From an uncultured Chloroflexia bacterium (GTDB taxonomy: Bacteria > Chloroflexota > Anaerolineae > Anaerolineales > UBA4823), in the NCBI GenBank assembly GCA_963726315.1, contig CAVSBZ010000005.1, forward strand, positions 1,930,947 to 1,994,946: a DNA stretch of 64,000 nt, written 5' to 3'. Below are positions 11,046 through 22,558 of the stretch, one piece after another. Below the pieces are notes generated by a model. That model was not told the DNA's origin. It was given only the letters and a program-made list of their open reading frames with translations, and ran no database searches. Positions within the stretch are counted from its first letter, which is position 1, and each line of letters starts with the position of its first letter. The translations under genes were made by a program, and so were the position numbers.

Positions 11046-12029
11046 TTAATTATTTAGCTTCTTTGCATCTACCAAACCTTTGATCTCGGCATCGACCATG
11101 ATCTGCACTAATTGTTCAAAAGATGTCTCCGTTTGCCAATTTAACATTTGTTTTGCTTTTCTGGGGTTCCCTACCAACAGCTCGACGTCTGCAGGGCGCA
11201 TATAGAGTGGGTCTTGAAGTACATAATCTCTATAATCCAATCCCAGGCAGCCAAATGCAAGCTCGGTGAATTCCCTGACTGAGTGGGTATGCCCTGTAGC
11301 CAGCACGAAATCTTCCGGCTGTTCCTGTTGCAGGATCATCCACATTCCCCGTACATAATCTGGCGCAAATCCCCAGTCTCGCTGTGCATCAAGATTCCCA
11401 AGACGTAATTCCTTCTCCAGATTTTGCTTGATCCTCGCAGCTCCCCGGGCAATTTTCCGGGTGACAAACTCGTGGCCACGTCGTGGGCTTTCATGGTTAA
11501 AACAGATCCCAGAGCAAGCAAACAGGTTGTAACTTTCACGGTAATTCACCGTAATCCAATGACCATACAGCTTGGCAACTCCATATGGGCTGCGTGGATA
11601 GAAAGGTGTGCTCTCAGATTGAGGCGATTCATGTACCTTGCCAAACATCTCGCTCGTGCTTGCCTGATAGAATTTGATATCCGGGTCGACCAGTCTGATT
11701 GCATCCAATACCCGGGTAACCCCCAATGCGGTCACTTCTCCGGTGAACACCGGTTGGACCCACGAAGTTTGGACGAATGACTGCGCTGCCAGGTTATACA
11801 CTTCGCTGGGGCGGTGTGTTTTGATGATGTCAATTACGGAAATCTGGTCCATCAGGTCGCCGGAGACGATGGTGATCTTATCTTGAATGTGCTCAATACG
11901 CTCGAAATTAATCGTGCTTGAGCGTCGCACCATACCGATGACCTCATAACCCTGTTCGAGTAAAAATTCTGCCAGGTACGACCCATCCTGACCAGTTATC
12001 CCCGTAATTAACGCCCGTTTATTCGCCAT
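11046..12029 (-). CDS. gmd: GDP-mannose 4,6-dehydratase
   Basis: ALITGITGQDGSYLAEFLLEQGYEV Rossmann start and SDR-extended family motifs (YGVAKLY). Confidence 0.9.
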   Translation of the reverse strand: MANKRALITGITGQDGSYLAEFLLEQGYEVIGMVRRSSTINFERIEHIQDKITIVSGDLMDQISVIDIIKTHRPSEVYNLAAQSFVQTSWVQPVFTGEVTALGVTRVLDAIRLVDPDIKFYQASTSEMFGKVHESPQSESTPFYPRSPYGVAKLYGHWITVNYRESYNLFACSGICFNHESPRRGHEFVTRKIARGAARIKQNLEKELRLGNLDAQRDWGFAPDYVRGMWMILQQEQPEDFVLATGHTHSVREFTELAFGCLGLDYRDYVLQDPLYMRPADVELLVGNPRKAKQMLNWQTETSFEQLVQIMVDAEIKGLVDAKKLNN

Positions 12030-12597
12030 TCAGTACTCCTTTCTTTCGCTTAAGCATAACAGGTCGTCTCGAATTTGTCTGCTGATTGGATTAGCAAATT
12101 TTACTTCCATTTGGGATATATTGAACCTGTAAGGTTGAGACAACCGTGATCCATCTTGCATATCTACGCCAAAAGCATAATTAGACCTGGCACAGCTTGT
12201 ATAACTGGTTAGCTATGTTGCAGGTCGCGTTTTCACATAGTGCGATGGATATGACCATCCCCATTAAGCCCAGCATTTCATAAATATCCGGACCTTTCAA
12301 GGTATCACCATTCGTTCTTGTCGAGGGTAGGACTACCCAAAGGCTATAGCCGAGCGTCTTCCCAGGCTGGCTAACCTATGGGTGTAACTTGAACTTGGTC
12401 TGGCGTTGTAAAAGAACGACGCAAATAGGCTTGCGAGGTTGGATGTCCCTGGTATTAAATTGAAAGACGCGATAGAAATTCGATAAAAAATCCTCATCTC
12501 ATCTTGAAGCGTGTAACAATTCTTATCTTGATGAATAAGAAAGAAGTGTTTTATTAAGCATAAAACAGATCCTGGTCGAAATAAACGATCAAATCCC

Positions 12598-13863
12598 TCA
12601 TCTGCCAGCATAGCCGTTCGATAAAGCTGCGGATAAATCAGCACCGTTCTTGACAATTCTCGTAGGCACGCCGAGCAAAGTAATACTCTCCACCAGCTGA
12701 CCAGACCCCTCGGGAGCACCAAATGTAGATGCATCCAGGATGATAACGATGGGTTTCAAACCCCGTTGTAATAGAAAATCCACGATCAAGGCTATTTCTC
12801 TCGACGACGAAGGGGTGATGAGCACCACAGTGCTGCCTCGCACCATGTGTTTTACCTGGGTTTCGATCAATGCGCGTAATGGAAGGTTTCCTTCTGCCTG
12901 GGTCAATGCCAAGGCTTCCAGGATTTTTCCCAATTGGCGGGCTCCCCGGTCTGGTGAAATCAAAGCCAGGTGCTTGCCTGAACATACGAAACCCACAGCC
13001 CTACCCCGGCGTAAATAATCCCTTACCAATGAGGCTGCGATACATACCCCATATTCCTCTGTCGAAGGGGGTAATGCTACCTTACCCGTATGGCTCCACA
13101 AATCCTTTACATGCATCTCTTGAGGCGGTTGTGGCAATGATGCCTGGACCGATTCAGCAGCGTCTAAAAATATCCAAACATCTGCCAGAGGATCGAGCTC
13201 GAACTCCTTTACAATTAACCTTCCCCTCCTTGCGGTGCTGAGCCAATGGATGCGGTTGAGTGGATCTCCCGTAGAGTATTCTCGCACACCGGCCGCGTTC
13301 GGTGTTACCTGGTGAGTCCGCCGTCGTAATGCTTCACCGCCAGGCAGCAAACCGGGTGGGTTGGGAAATCCGCGCACATCCACCATCATGGGATAAACCA
13401 GCAAGGAATCTTCTTCCTGGATGGAGTGCTCGACTGGAAACAGTCCAAACAAATCACCAGTGGCAATGACCGTTGGGCCAAGAGGAAACACTCCCCGGCG
13501 AGTAAGGCGCACGCGGGCAACATAGGATCTACCTTGCTTACCTTTCAGCATGGTAAGAACCCGCGATCCATCACCGCCAGGTAGGGTTGATTCGTCTCTC
13601 ACTTCCAGCCATAGGCGGGGAAAACGATTTTGGTTTTGTACCTCAAATTTTTCTTCAAATATTTGACCCACTTGCGCCCGCAACGTCCGCGCTGAACGTG
13701 AGAATTTCAATCCGCTCAAGGAGAAAACGGACCAAAGCCATGAGCCAAAGAACAGCAAAGCCCAAAAAATTGACAGCCTATAATAAAGCTTTCCCCCAGT
13801 CGCGAGTCCCGCGATTAGGCTGAGGGCGAATAAGGCCAGTACAACTTTTTGCCCAGTAGTCAT
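12598..13863 (-). CDS. DUF58 domain protein (MoxR partner)
   Basis: [14 protein letters not shown] motif, N-terminal TM helices, and a 4-nt overlap with the upstream MoxR gene. Confidence 0.8.
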   Translation of the reverse strand: MTTGQKVVLALFALSLIAGLATGGKLYYRLSIFWALLFFGSWLWSVFSLSGLKFSRSARTLRAQVGQIFEEKFEVQNQNRFPRLWLEVRDESTLPGGDGSRVLTMLKGKQGRSYVARVRLTRRGVFPLGPTVIATGDLFGLFPVEHSIQEEDSLLVYPMMVDVRGFPNPPGLLPGGEALRRRTHQVTPNAAGVREYSTGDPLNRIHWLSTARRGRLIVKEFELDPLADVWIFLDAAESVQASLPQPPQEMHVKDLWSHTGKVALPPSTEEYGVCIAASLVRDYLRRGRAVGFVCSGKHLALISPDRGARQLGKILEALALTQAEGNLPLRALIETQVKHMVRGSTVVLITPSSSREIALIVDFLLQRGLKPIVIILDASTFGAPEGSGQLVESITLLGVPTRIVKNGADLSAALSNGYAGR

Positions 13864-14834
13864 ACTTCAGATCTGGCCTTTAAATCTCCCCCAGGTACGG
13901 GAACAAGACCGATGATCTCATCGAGCACCTGGTCGCTGCTAAGATCGCGTAGTCGGGCAGCTGGACCCAGGATCACCCGGTGAGATAGCGCGGGCTTGAT
14001 CAGAGCCTTGATATCATCTGGCAAGACAAAATCACGTCCCTGCATGGCTGCCATTGCCTGGCCTGTCCTGAATAACGCCAGACTGCCTCGTGGGCTGGCG
14101 CCCAGGTATACATCTGCGTGCTTGCGGGTCTGGTGGGTTAATTCAACGATATAGTGCTTTACCCCAGGAGCTACATAAACAGACTTAATTGCTTCCTGTG
14201 CTTGTATAAGCTCCTCGGCTGAGGCAACTTGCTGTAAATCATTTACCGGGTGTTGGAATTGCTGCCTTTCAAGGATATTAATCTCATCATTGAGATCCGG
14301 GTATCCCAACCTTAACCGCATCAAGAAACGATCCAATTGTGCTTCAGGTAGTGGGAAAGTCCCTTCATACTCGATTGGATTCTGGGTTGCCAACACCATG
14401 AACGGTTTCGGCAGAATATGGGTGACGCCATCTGCAGTCACTTGATGTTCTTCCATGGCTTCCAACAAGGCTGCTTGTGTCTTAGGCGTCGCCCGGTTGA
14501 TTTCATCAGCCAGCACAATTTGAGCCATGATGGGTCCGGGGCGAAACTCAAACTGCGTGCTCACCTGGTTATAAATGGATACACCTGTGACATCGCTGGG
14601 GAGCATGTCTGGTGTAAACTGGATCCGGCTGAATTCGCAGCCTAATGATTTTGCCAAGCTGCGGGCAAGAACTGTTTTTCCTACCCCGGGGACGTCCTCT
14701 ATCAGCAAATGCCCCTGGCAAATCAAACTAATGATTGCCAGCTCAACGGGGCCACGTTTACCCACGATCACTTTTTCAATATTATTGACAATTTTCTCGG
14801 TAAAGGTCTGTATATCTGTCATGCTAAACTCCAA
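13860..14834 (-). CDS. MoxR-family AAA+ ATPase
   Basis: Walker A DVPGVGKT, Walker B VLADEINR, and the typical MoxR length. Confidence 0.9.
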   Translation of the reverse strand: MEFSMTDIQTFTEKIVNNIEKVIVGKRGPVELAIISLICQGHLLIEDVPGVGKTVLARSLAKSLGCEFSRIQFTPDMLPSDVTGVSIYNQVSTQFEFRPGPIMAQIVLADEINRATPKTQAALLEAMEEHQVTADGVTHILPKPFMVLATQNPIEYEGTFPLPEAQLDRFLMRLRLGYPDLNDEINILERQQFQHPVNDLQQVASAEELIQAQEAIKSVYVAPGVKHYIVELTHQTRKHADVYLGASPRGSLALFRTGQAMAAMQGRDFVLPDDIKALIKPALSHRVILGPAARLRDLSSDQVLDEIIGLVPVPGGDLKARSEV

Positions 14835-14990
14835 TTGCCAATTTATAGGTGAAATTACCTACCCCATGCAAATATTATCATAGATTCAGAGGCGGGCACC
14901 TATACATCTACTCAGGCTTGCAGCACCAGGTTCACTCTCAGCCTCTCTTCTTAGGTTTTATGCTAAAATGCAAAAGGAGGAAAACTGCCA

Positions 14991-15938
14991 ATGCCAACCA
15001 AGGTCATCCTAAACCCTTATGCAGGCCGGTGGAAAGGCCTGCAGAAACGTGAAGAAGTCGAGCAATCCTTAAAATCTGCGGGGATTGAGTTTGACCTGGT
15101 GATGACGGAAGCACCCAATCATGGAACCGAGCTGGCTTTCCAGGCTGCGAAAAATAGTTTTTCTCCCATCGTATCAGCCGGGGGAGATGGAAGTGTGAGC
15201 GAGGTGATGAACGGAATCGTGTCTGCTGCCCAGGAAAGTGGAACTGAACCCACACCGCTGGGAATTCTACCGTTGGGATCAGCCAATGATCTGATGGTCA
15301 ACCTGGGTATCTCGACGAATATCCAGGAGGCTGTCGGGGTAATAGCTTCCGGGCACACCAGGCGGATCGACCTGGGTGAAGTAACCGCCCGTGAAATCGC
15401 CGGTGGTGAACCGAAGCGGAGATACTTCGATAATAACAGTGCGATTGGGTTGGAGCCCTGCATTACCCTGATCCAGCAGCGAATTTTCTGGTTACGCGGC
15501 AACCTTCGATATGTCGTTGCTGCACTGCTCGGTGTAGCGCAGAATCCACAGTGGGAGATGCACTTACAATGGGAAGGCGGAGAATACAATGGCCCCGCCA
15601 CCCTGGTAACGGCTGGTAATAATCCTCTCACCGGCGGTGTCTTTTATATGGCGCCGCATGCCGATCCATTTGATGGAAAATTGGATTGCGTGTTTGGATC
15701 CATGCCTTCCAGGTTGAAAATATTAAACCTGCTCCCAAGGACGATGAAATCTGGACCAGGCAGCTATGTGGAACACCCCGCGATTCATGAAATCAAGGTT
15801 AGCTGGTTAAAGATCCACACTGACCAACCAACTCCTCTGCATGCCGACGGTGAAATCCAATTCGAAGCCACCCAGGATATTGAATATCACATCCTGCCTG
15901 ATTACCTGCCGGTGCTGATGAATGCAGAACCCCGCTAA
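14991..15938 (+). CDS. Diacylglycerol/lipid kinase family protein (YegS/BmrU type)
   Basis: SAGGDGSVSEVMNG catalytic-domain motif. Confidence 0.85.
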   Translation: MPTKVILNPYAGRWKGLQKREEVEQSLKSAGIEFDLVMTEAPNHGTELAFQAAKNSFSPIVSAGGDGSVSEVMNGIVSAAQESGTEPTPLGILPLGSANDLMVNLGISTNIQEAVGVIASGHTRRIDLGEVTAREIAGGEPKRRYFDNNSAIGLEPCITLIQQRIFWLRGNLRYVVAALLGVAQNPQWEMHLQWEGGEYNGPATLVTAGNNPLTGGVFYMAPHADPFDGKLDCVFGSMPSRLKILNLLPRTMKSGPGSYVEHPAIHEIKVSWLKIHTDQPTPLHADGEIQFEATQDIEYHILPDYLPVLMNAEPR

Positions 15939-16614
15939 TCTGGGGAGCAGAACCCCTTTATCTCCTGGAATTCGCCTCCTCGCATCTTTCTTACGCTTGT
16001 TTTTCAAGCTTCTATATCACCAGTTAGCGTGGACGTATGATTGGGTAGCTTGGATTGTATCTTTAGGCTCATGGCAAAAATGGGTTTTATCTGTTGTACC
16101 CTACCTGGAAGGTCCGAGAACGCTTGAGATTGGCTTTGGACCAGGTCACCTGCAGGAAGCGTTGAGCCGGAAGGGGATTACTATCTTCGGGCTTGATGAA
16201 AGTGTTCAGATGGGGCAAACTGCGCAGCGACGACTGATAAGATTAGGGTTCCATCCGAATTTAATCCGTGGTGATGCACTGGCGATACCGTTTGCGGCAT
16301 GTAGTTTTCACCACGTGGTCATGACTTTCCCTTCGGAATATATACTAAATCCGGTCTCCCTGGCAGAGATCCACCGTGTTTTAACGGATGGTGGGACGGC
16401 GATCATGCTCCCGCTAGCCTGGATCACAGGAAAAAAGCCGCTTGAACGCACCGCTGCCTGGATTAACCGGATCACAGGGGAAGCTCCCGAATGGAATGAG
16501 AAATCCCTCGAACCTTTGAAAAATGCTGGATTTACCGTCAGCTGGGAGATGATTGAATTCGATTCGAGTAAAGCATTGCTGATCCGAATGGATAAACCCA
16601 TTCCCGCTGCCTGA
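15922..16614 (+). CDS. Class I SAM-dependent methyltransferase
   Basis: LEIGFGPGHL SAM motif. The start is uncertain (17-nt overlap with the upstream gene). Confidence 0.7.
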   Translation: MQNPANLGSRTPLSPGIRLLASFLRLFFKLLYHQLAWTYDWVAWIVSLGSWQKWVLSVVPYLEGPRTLEIGFGPGHLQEALSRKGITIFGLDESVQMGQTAQRRLIRLGFHPNLIRGDALAIPFAACSFHHVVMTFPSEYILNPVSLAEIHRVLTDGGTAIMLPLAWITGKKPLERTAAWINRITGEAPEWNEKSLEPLKNAGFTVSWEMIEFDSSKALLIRMDKPIPAA

Positions 16615-16658
16615 GGTCTGTTGCCATTCAAGCGGGATATTGTTGTAAAATGTAGGGT

Positions 16659-17363
16659 ATGGAAATCAAGCTGGCGGTTGCTAAAATCAATAAATATGCT
16701 ACCTCCGAGAGCGGCAACTCAGTGGAAGTGGTAGAGCGCCCAAATGGGGGAATTTCAGTGGTCATGGCTGATGGGCAGAGCTCGGGTAAAGGTGCCAAGC
16801 ATATTTCTTCATTGGTGGTTAGAAAGGTTATCTCACTGTTATCCGAGGGTGTGCGCGATGGTGCAGCAGCCAGGGCAGCTTCGGATTATCTCTTCACCGA
16901 GCGTAAAGGGAAAGTATCTGCAACGCTTAATATCGTCTCCATCGATTTGCAGACTGCCACCATGGTGATCACACGCAACAATCCGCTGCCAGTACTCATT
17001 GCCTCTAATGAAGAAGTATGCGCCTTTGATGATGAATGTAATCCCATCGGTATCTATCGCGATACTCGCCCATTGATTAATGAAATGCCGCTCGAGCCCG
17101 GACTGACCGTGGTATTGTTTACCGATGGTTTGATCCATGCAGGTTCGCGGAGTGGGGAAAGCCTGGATGTGAAAACTTTTTTAGAAGCTCACATCGAGGA
17201 GGAGCTCACCGAACCGCAGATCATTGCAGACCAGCTCCTGTCTGATGCGATGCAGCTTGACCGGGGACGACCGGTGGATGATATTTCCGTAGTTGTCATC
17301 CAGGTGACCAGCCAGAACGTGGATTCGGTCCGGCGCATGACGGTTCAGCTCCCCCTTAATTAA
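16659..17363 (+). CDS. PP2C/SpoIIE-family protein phosphatase
   Basis: ADGQSSG...FTDGLIHAG...DDISVVVIQV pattern of SpoIIE-like phosphatases. Confidence 0.65.
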   Translation: MEIKLAVAKINKYATSESGNSVEVVERPNGGISVVMADGQSSGKGAKHISSLVVRKVISLLSEGVRDGAAARAASDYLFTERKGKVSATLNIVSIDLQTATMVITRNNPLPVLIASNEEVCAFDDECNPIGIYRDTRPLINEMPLEPGLTVVLFTDGLIHAGSRSGESLDVKTFLEAHIEEELTEPQIIADQLLSDAMQLDRGRPVDDISVVVIQVTSQNVDSVRRMTVQLPLN

Positions 17364-17371
17364 ATATTCAA

Positions 17372-18448
17372 ATGCCAGACATCGCCTATCCCGCCTCTTC
17401 CTATCGAAACCGATCCCGAGCCAGGGAAATAAAAGCTGCCTGGCGCGACATTTGGTTATTATTAGGAAGATTTGCATCGCCGTTATTGATCTTTACCCTC
17501 GCAATTTTCGGGGGAGGGATTGCTTTCTATCTGTTGTCATTGGAAGCGGGAGAACCATTGGGGAACCTGCTTGAAGGTATTTACCTGGTCTTGTCGATGA
17601 CATTCTTGCAAACCAGCGGCGATTTTCCACATACCTGGTACCTCGGAATTTTTTATTTCATAATGCCTGTGATTGGTCTTATCATACTGGCACAGGGTGT
17701 AGCAGAGTTTAGTGTGATGTTATTCAACCGCCGGGCACGTGGTAAAGAATGGGAGATAGCCGTGGCCTCTACATATAACAATCATATCATCCTGGTCGGT
17801 TTAGGGCACCTGGGATTTCGGGTGGCAGAAGAATTGATCAATATGGAGCAAGACATCGTCATTATTGAGACTAATCCAAAAGCCGATTTAACTGCCACAG
17901 TGAAAAAGATGGGCATCCCGGTGATCCAGGATGATGCCAGCCATGAGCTGACGCTGGAATCCGCGGGTGTCGAGCGAGCGAGGGCAATAATCCTCTGCAT
18001 CCAAAATGACAGCCTGAACCTCAAGATTGCGCTTAAAGCCCAACGGCTAAATCCTAATATCCACGTAATCTTGCGAATATTTGATGATGATTTTGCCCAG
18101 GGGCTGCAAGAACAATTCGGGTACTCAGCTTTCAGTGCTACGGGGATGGCAGCACCGGCTTTCGCGGCTGCGGCCTCAGGTGTAGACATGACCCGACCGA
18201 TTACCGTCGAAGGTCAATCGATGAGCCTAGCTCATTTAAAGATTGAGCGGGAATCGGTAATCAATAACCAGACGATCAGTGAAGTGGAACAAAAATATAA
18301 GCTCAGTGTGGTGTTCATCCGTAGAAACAGCAACTCAGATTTCCACCCACCTGCCGATTGCCGCTTGTCTGCTGAGGATGAGCTGGCGGTCTTGGGTGGG
18401 TTGAGTGAGATCAGAACACTGGCTATTGATAATCACTCCACCAGTTGA
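17372..18448 (+). CDS. Potassium channel protein with TrkA-N/RCK domain
   Basis: N-terminal TM/pore region followed by the HIILVGLGHLGFRVAEEL Rossmann-type RCK domain. Confidence 0.75.
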   Translation: MPDIAYPASSYRNRSRAREIKAAWRDIWLLLGRFASPLLIFTLAIFGGGIAFYLLSLEAGEPLGNLLEGIYLVLSMTFLQTSGDFPHTWYLGIFYFIMPVIGLIILAQGVAEFSVMLFNRRARGKEWEIAVASTYNNHIILVGLGHLGFRVAEELINMEQDIVIIETNPKADLTATVKKMGIPVIQDDASHELTLESAGVERARAIILCIQNDSLNLKIALKAQRLNPNIHVILRIFDDDFAQGLQEQFGYSAFSATGMAAPAFAAAASGVDMTRPITVEGQSMSLAHLKIERESVINNQTISEVEQKYKLSVVFIRRNSNSDFHPPADCRLSAEDELAVLGGLSEIRTLAIDNHSTS

Positions 18449-18466
18449 GATTGAGAGCACAAGGAT

Positions 18467-18814
18467 ATGTTAATCGGGGTGGTAGGCTCATGTGGCGCCG
18501 GAAAATCCTCCCTGGTGGCGGGTTTAGTGGCGCACGGTTACACCGTCAGGCACATAGCACAGGAACATTCATACGTGCCCGACATGTGGAAACGGCTGAC
18601 CAACCCTGATATATTGATCTACCTGGATGTTACCTACGAAAACACCATCCTTAGGCGAAAATTGGATTGGAACATTGATGAATATGCTGAACAACAGCGC
18701 AGATTGAGGCACGCCCGCCAATATGCCGACTTGTACATGGATACAAACCCGATGACTGTCCAGGAAGTCAGAGACAAGGCGCTGGCATTTATTGAGGCTT
18801 TTGCCCAGACATAA
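18467..18814 (+). CDS. Small P-loop NTPase/kinase-like protein
   Basis: Walker A GSCGAGKSS at the N-terminus. No further assignment is possible. Confidence 0.5.
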   Translation: MLIGVVGSCGAGKSSLVAGLVAHGYTVRHIAQEHSYVPDMWKRLTNPDILIYLDVTYENTILRRKLDWNIDEYAEQQRRLRHARQYADLYMDTNPMTVQEVRDKALAFIEAFAQT

Positions 18815-18931
18815 ATCTATTAATAGACATTCCCATAGATAGGGAGTATAATTCGACCCGCCAGTCGATTTTGGCATCGTAGCCAGCATTCGGCTGGCGT
18901 TTGCGTGAATCATGGAGGTTGATACCAGTAA

Positions 18932-20332
18932 ATGAACCGGACTTATCGATTACTTATCCCTATCGCATTAATATTGATCTTCGCGATCTATATTGACCTG
19001 CCGAAAAGCCCTGGCATCCATCTTGCCGGCATAAACCGTGATTTCAGCACCCGCCTCGGACTGGACCTCGTGGGGGGATTACAGGCACTGTTGGAGGCGG
19101 ACGTCCCTGCTACAACAAATATCAATCCTAGCGACATGAATATCGCCCAGCAGATAGTCAGTAACCGTGTGAATGCTCTAGGCGTCTCGGAACCCGTCGT
19201 CCAACAAGCCGGCTCACGCCGCATTGTGGTGGAGCTTCCTGGTGCGACGGACACTGAAAAGGCATTAGCCCTCATCAAGCAGACCGGTTTACTTGAGTTT
19301 GTGGACATGACCGCACTAACGAACGCAGAAGCAGCTTCGCTCATGGGCAAGAAGATCAATACCGATTGGACACCCGGAGGCAGCCAACCATCTCCAGCGA
19401 TTACACCATCTGCCACACCATCATCCACAATCACTTCAACGCTGCCCCTGGTGACTGGTCCAACTTTCCATACCGTGATGACCGGAGCTGATTTAACCAA
19501 CGTCGGCGTTCAAACCAACCCAGGTGGTGGTTACGTGGTCGGATTTGAGTTAAACTCGGAAGGCACCCAGATTTTTAAGGATTTCACTACCGCGCACGTC
19601 GGTCAAATCCTGGGAATTGCATTAGATAAACAGGTAATCTCTGTCCCTGGCATCAATAGCCCCATCACCGGGGGCAAAGGGGTAATTGAGGGAAAATTCA
19701 CTTCTGATGAAGCTAACAACCTGGCATTGCAATTAAAGTATGGCTCCTTGCCCATCCCACTCAAGGTGATCACCAGCGAGACCGTCGGCCCCACCCTGGG
19801 GCAGGACTCGTTGCGGGCGAGCTTAATTGCCGGTGGGATCGGTATGATGGTTGTGATATTGTTCATGGGGTTATATTATCGTCTTCCCGGTGTGGTAGCC
19901 GACCTGGCATTGCTGTGTTATGCCCTGCTTACCTACGCAATATTCCGTTGGATCCCGGTCACGCTTACGTTACCCGGTATTGCTGGGTTTATTTTGAGCG
20001 TGGGAGTGGCTGTAGATGCTAATGTCTTGATCTTTGAACGGTTAAAAGAAGAGCTTCGTTCGGGTAAAACTCTCAAGAATTCGATAGATCTTGGATGGAA
20101 AAATGCCTGGCCATCCATCAGGGATTCTAACTTCTCGACCCTGATCACATGCGGAATCCTGTTTTGGTTCGGGAATACATTTGGGGCGAGCATTGTTAAA
20201 GGGTTCTCCCTAACCCTTGCGATCGGTGTGTTGGTGAGCATGTTTACCGCCATAGTTGTCACGCGTACCTTCCTGCATTTAATCCTGGATAGAATCGACT
20301 TCACCGAGCACGCACGTTGGTTCGGTATTTAG
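18932..20332 (+). CDS. secD: Protein translocase subunit SecD
   Basis: Typical SecD periplasmic domain and C-terminal 6-TM block (DANVLIFERLKEE), directly upstream of secF. Confidence 0.9.
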   Translation: MNRTYRLLIPIALILIFAIYIDLPKSPGIHLAGINRDFSTRLGLDLVGGLQALLEADVPATTNINPSDMNIAQQIVSNRVNALGVSEPVVQQAGSRRIVVELPGATDTEKALALIKQTGLLEFVDMTALTNAEAASLMGKKINTDWTPGGSQPSPAITPSATPSSTITSTLPLVTGPTFHTVMTGADLTNVGVQTNPGGGYVVGFELNSEGTQIFKDFTTAHVGQILGIALDKQVISVPGINSPITGGKGVIEGKFTSDEANNLALQLKYGSLPIPLKVITSETVGPTLGQDSLRASLIAGGIGMMVVILFMGLYYRLPGVVADLALLCYALLTYAIFRWIPVTLTLPGIAGFILSVGVAVDANVLIFERLKEELRSGKTLKNSIDLGWKNAWPSIRDSNFSTLITCGILFWFGNTFGASIVKGFSLTLAIGVLVSMFTAIVVTRTFLHLILDRIDFTEHARWFGI

Positions 20333-20341
20333 GAGCCTTGG

Positions 20342-21259
20342 ATGATTGATATTGTAAAACGGCGATATTTATACTTTGGGATTTCATTATTGGTCATCAT
20401 TCCCGGGATGATTGCATTATTGTTATGGGGATTACCGCTGGCGATCGACTTTAAAGGCGGCAGTCTGCTTGACCTACGCTTCGACACCGGCGCAGTTCCA
20501 CAGCCTGCACAAATCAGTGCTATCTACACGGAGAATGGCTTTATCGATACAATTGTGCAAACTTCCGGCACAAATGGGCTGATCATACGATCATTGGATA
20601 TGACTGACGCTCAGCGCAACCAAATCGTATCTCAAATTGAATCTCGTTTTGGAACAACCATCACGGTGAACCGCTTTAAATCAGTCGGACCATCGGTCGG
20701 ACAGGAAGTTGCTAAGCGAGCTGCCGGAGCGGTTGGTTTGGCTGCCCTTGGTATCCTGTTATACATCACCCTCGCTTTCAGAGGCGTGTCGCATGCCTTC
20801 CGCTATGGTGTTGCCGCGATCATCGCCATGCTACACGATGTTGCTGTGGTCATTGGCGTAGAAGCGATCATTGCACACTTTTTCCATTGGGAAGTTGATG
20901 CCCTCTTCCTTACCGCTCTCCTGACTGTGATTGGCTTTTCGGTCCACGATACCATCGTGGTGTTTGACCGAATCAGGGAAAACCTGAACATATATCGAAA
21001 ACTGCCATATGAGACCGTGGTCAACCACTCCATCGTCCAGACCCTGGTGAGATCGGTGAACACACAGCTGACGGTGATGCTCACTCTACTCTCACTGGCA
21101 CTGTTCGGTGGGATAACCATCCGTCATTTTGTGGTTATCCTGTTGGTGGGTGTTTTTAGTGGCACGTACTCCTCGATCTTCAATGCTTCTCCCATTCTCG
21201 TTGTGTGGGAGAACCAGGAATGGAAAACATGGTTCCGGCGGAGTGCTAAGTCAGCTTAA
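20342..21259 (+). CDS. secF: Protein translocase subunit SecF
   Basis: IDFKGGS start and HDTIVVFDRIREN motif. Confidence 0.9.
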   Translation: MIDIVKRRYLYFGISLLVIIPGMIALLLWGLPLAIDFKGGSLLDLRFDTGAVPQPAQISAIYTENGFIDTIVQTSGTNGLIIRSLDMTDAQRNQIVSQIESRFGTTITVNRFKSVGPSVGQEVAKRAAGAVGLAALGILLYITLAFRGVSHAFRYGVAAIIAMLHDVAVVIGVEAIIAHFFHWEVDALFLTALLTVIGFSVHDTIVVFDRIRENLNIYRKLPYETVVNHSIVQTLVRSVNTQLTVMLTLLSLALFGGITIRHFVVILLVGVFSGTYSSIFNASPILVVWENQEWKTWFRRSAKSA

Positions 21260-21376
21260 CATGCAATTCTGAACCCAGTAGATCTTCGTTGGGTTGAATA
21301 ATTATTATTTAGGGGAGGCGTGGGTAAGGAAACCAGACTGGTTTATGATTAAATTCCTCGCTTCGGTTCTAAGAAT

Positions 21377-21400
21377 GGGCGTGACAGTTACGCCCTTTCT
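21377..21400 (+). terminator. Possible rho-independent terminator downstream of secF
   Basis: GGGCGT/ACGCCC stem with a 7-nt loop, followed by TTTCTTGTT. It lies ~118 nt after the secF stop. Confidence 0.4.
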
Positions 21401-21709
21401 TGTTGTGCAAATACAAAAGCTCCAATTGCAGTTTCCTAATTAAGATCCAGTTTATATATTAATCCACCCATTCCGGCGGGGTAAAGCGGTGGACGCTGGA
21501 ATTCTGGGTGCCTTTGCGAACATAAATCACTTCCAAAAAATACGCCACACATTGACAGAATGGGTAACCATCTACCTGTTATATAAGTAATAGATCTCTG
21601 CCACAACGCAACTTATCAGATTTTTTGCATTCCAATTCAATGTGAAATATTAATAAAGAGCTTAGGTATATACCATATTGTGAAGACAATCAATTAGACC
21701 CAGACGAAA

Positions 21710-22483
21710 TCAACCCCCGACCATTTTTGCAACCAGATCCTGGAAATAAATCAATAAAACCGCCCCCATCACCAGGAAGGGACCATAGGGCAAGGCAGCA
21801 AATGCCTGGTACTTTCGGGTGACCAACATTACCAAAATATACACCAAGCTGACCAATCCCCCGATCAATACTGCTACGACCAACCCAACCAAAATCAGAG
21901 GCCATCCGAGCATCAGCCCCAGTACTCCACTCAGGTTTACGTCGCCGAAACCGAAAGCGACGTCATTGACCGGCTGACCCCGACGGCGATTGATAAGCTT
22001 CATGATCAGTACCCCCAGCATGTAGATCAGCCACATGATCACAAATCCAGCAATCCCGCCCTCCAGGGTGCGCATCCACCCGACGCGCAGGAAACCGACG
22101 ATCAGTCCCAATGCCACGCCGAACAAGCTCACCGGGTGCATGATCAAGCGATACTCAAGGTCAATCAAGACCACCACACCAAAGTAAGCCAGGACGACCA
22201 TTCCAAGCCAATATCCGAGCTTATTGGGTGGTGAATAGCTGATGAAAACTGAGGCAACAATGAAAAATGCCTCGGTGATCCACACCCGCATGCTCCTTCG
22301 CCGGTGACAGTTGATACACCGCCTCGGCCAAAAGAGGTAGTTCATCCACTTCTGGTCCGTGTCACAGGCAATACAAAATGGTCGGGTAAGCCGACGACGA
22401 AGTGGTAGAACATCCGCCAAATAATTAACCAACATCCCAAACAGCCAGCCAGGAATTATCGCCAGAAGGTTGTATGTTATCAT
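21710..22483 (-). CDS. Prepilin peptidase (A24 family)
   Basis: N-terminal Cys-rich region (CIAC...CINC), polytopic membrane body and FGFGDV active-site Asp motif. Confidence 0.8.
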   Translation of the reverse strand: MITYNLLAIIPGWLFGMLVNYLADVLPLRRRLTRPFCIACDTDQKWMNYLFWPRRCINCHRRRSMRVWITEAFFIVASVFISYSPPNKLGYWLGMVVLAYFGVVVLIDLEYRLIMHPVSLFGVALGLIVGFLRVGWMRTLEGGIAGFVIMWLIYMLGVLIMKLINRRRGQPVNDVAFGFGDVNLSGVLGLMLGWPLILVGLVVAVLIGGLVSLVYILVMLVTRKYQAFAALPYGPFLVMGAVLLIYFQDLVAKMVGG

Positions 22484-22558
22484 AGAGGAAATTATAGCAA
22501 GTATTTTTCGTTTCGAGGCATCACCTGGAGCTATTATCGATATTGTAAGGAGGCTGTG

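Noticed and set aside
12286-12300. The minus-strand GAAAGGTCCGG resembles the RNase P RNA GAAAGUCCGG core.
   Set aside because: It has an extra G relative to the motif, and none of the other universally conserved RNase P segments is nearby. This looks like chance similarity.
12333-12734. A 133-aa minus-strand ORF overlapping the 3' end of the DUF58 gene.
   Set aside because: It overlaps a well-supported gene in another frame and extends into AT-rich non-coding sequence. It has no motifs.
21338-21440. A 33-aa ORF (MIKFLASVLRMG...) downstream of secF.
   Set aside because: The nearest Shine-Dalgarno-like sequence is ~25 nt away, and the ORF spans the putative terminator hairpin. There is no supporting evidence.
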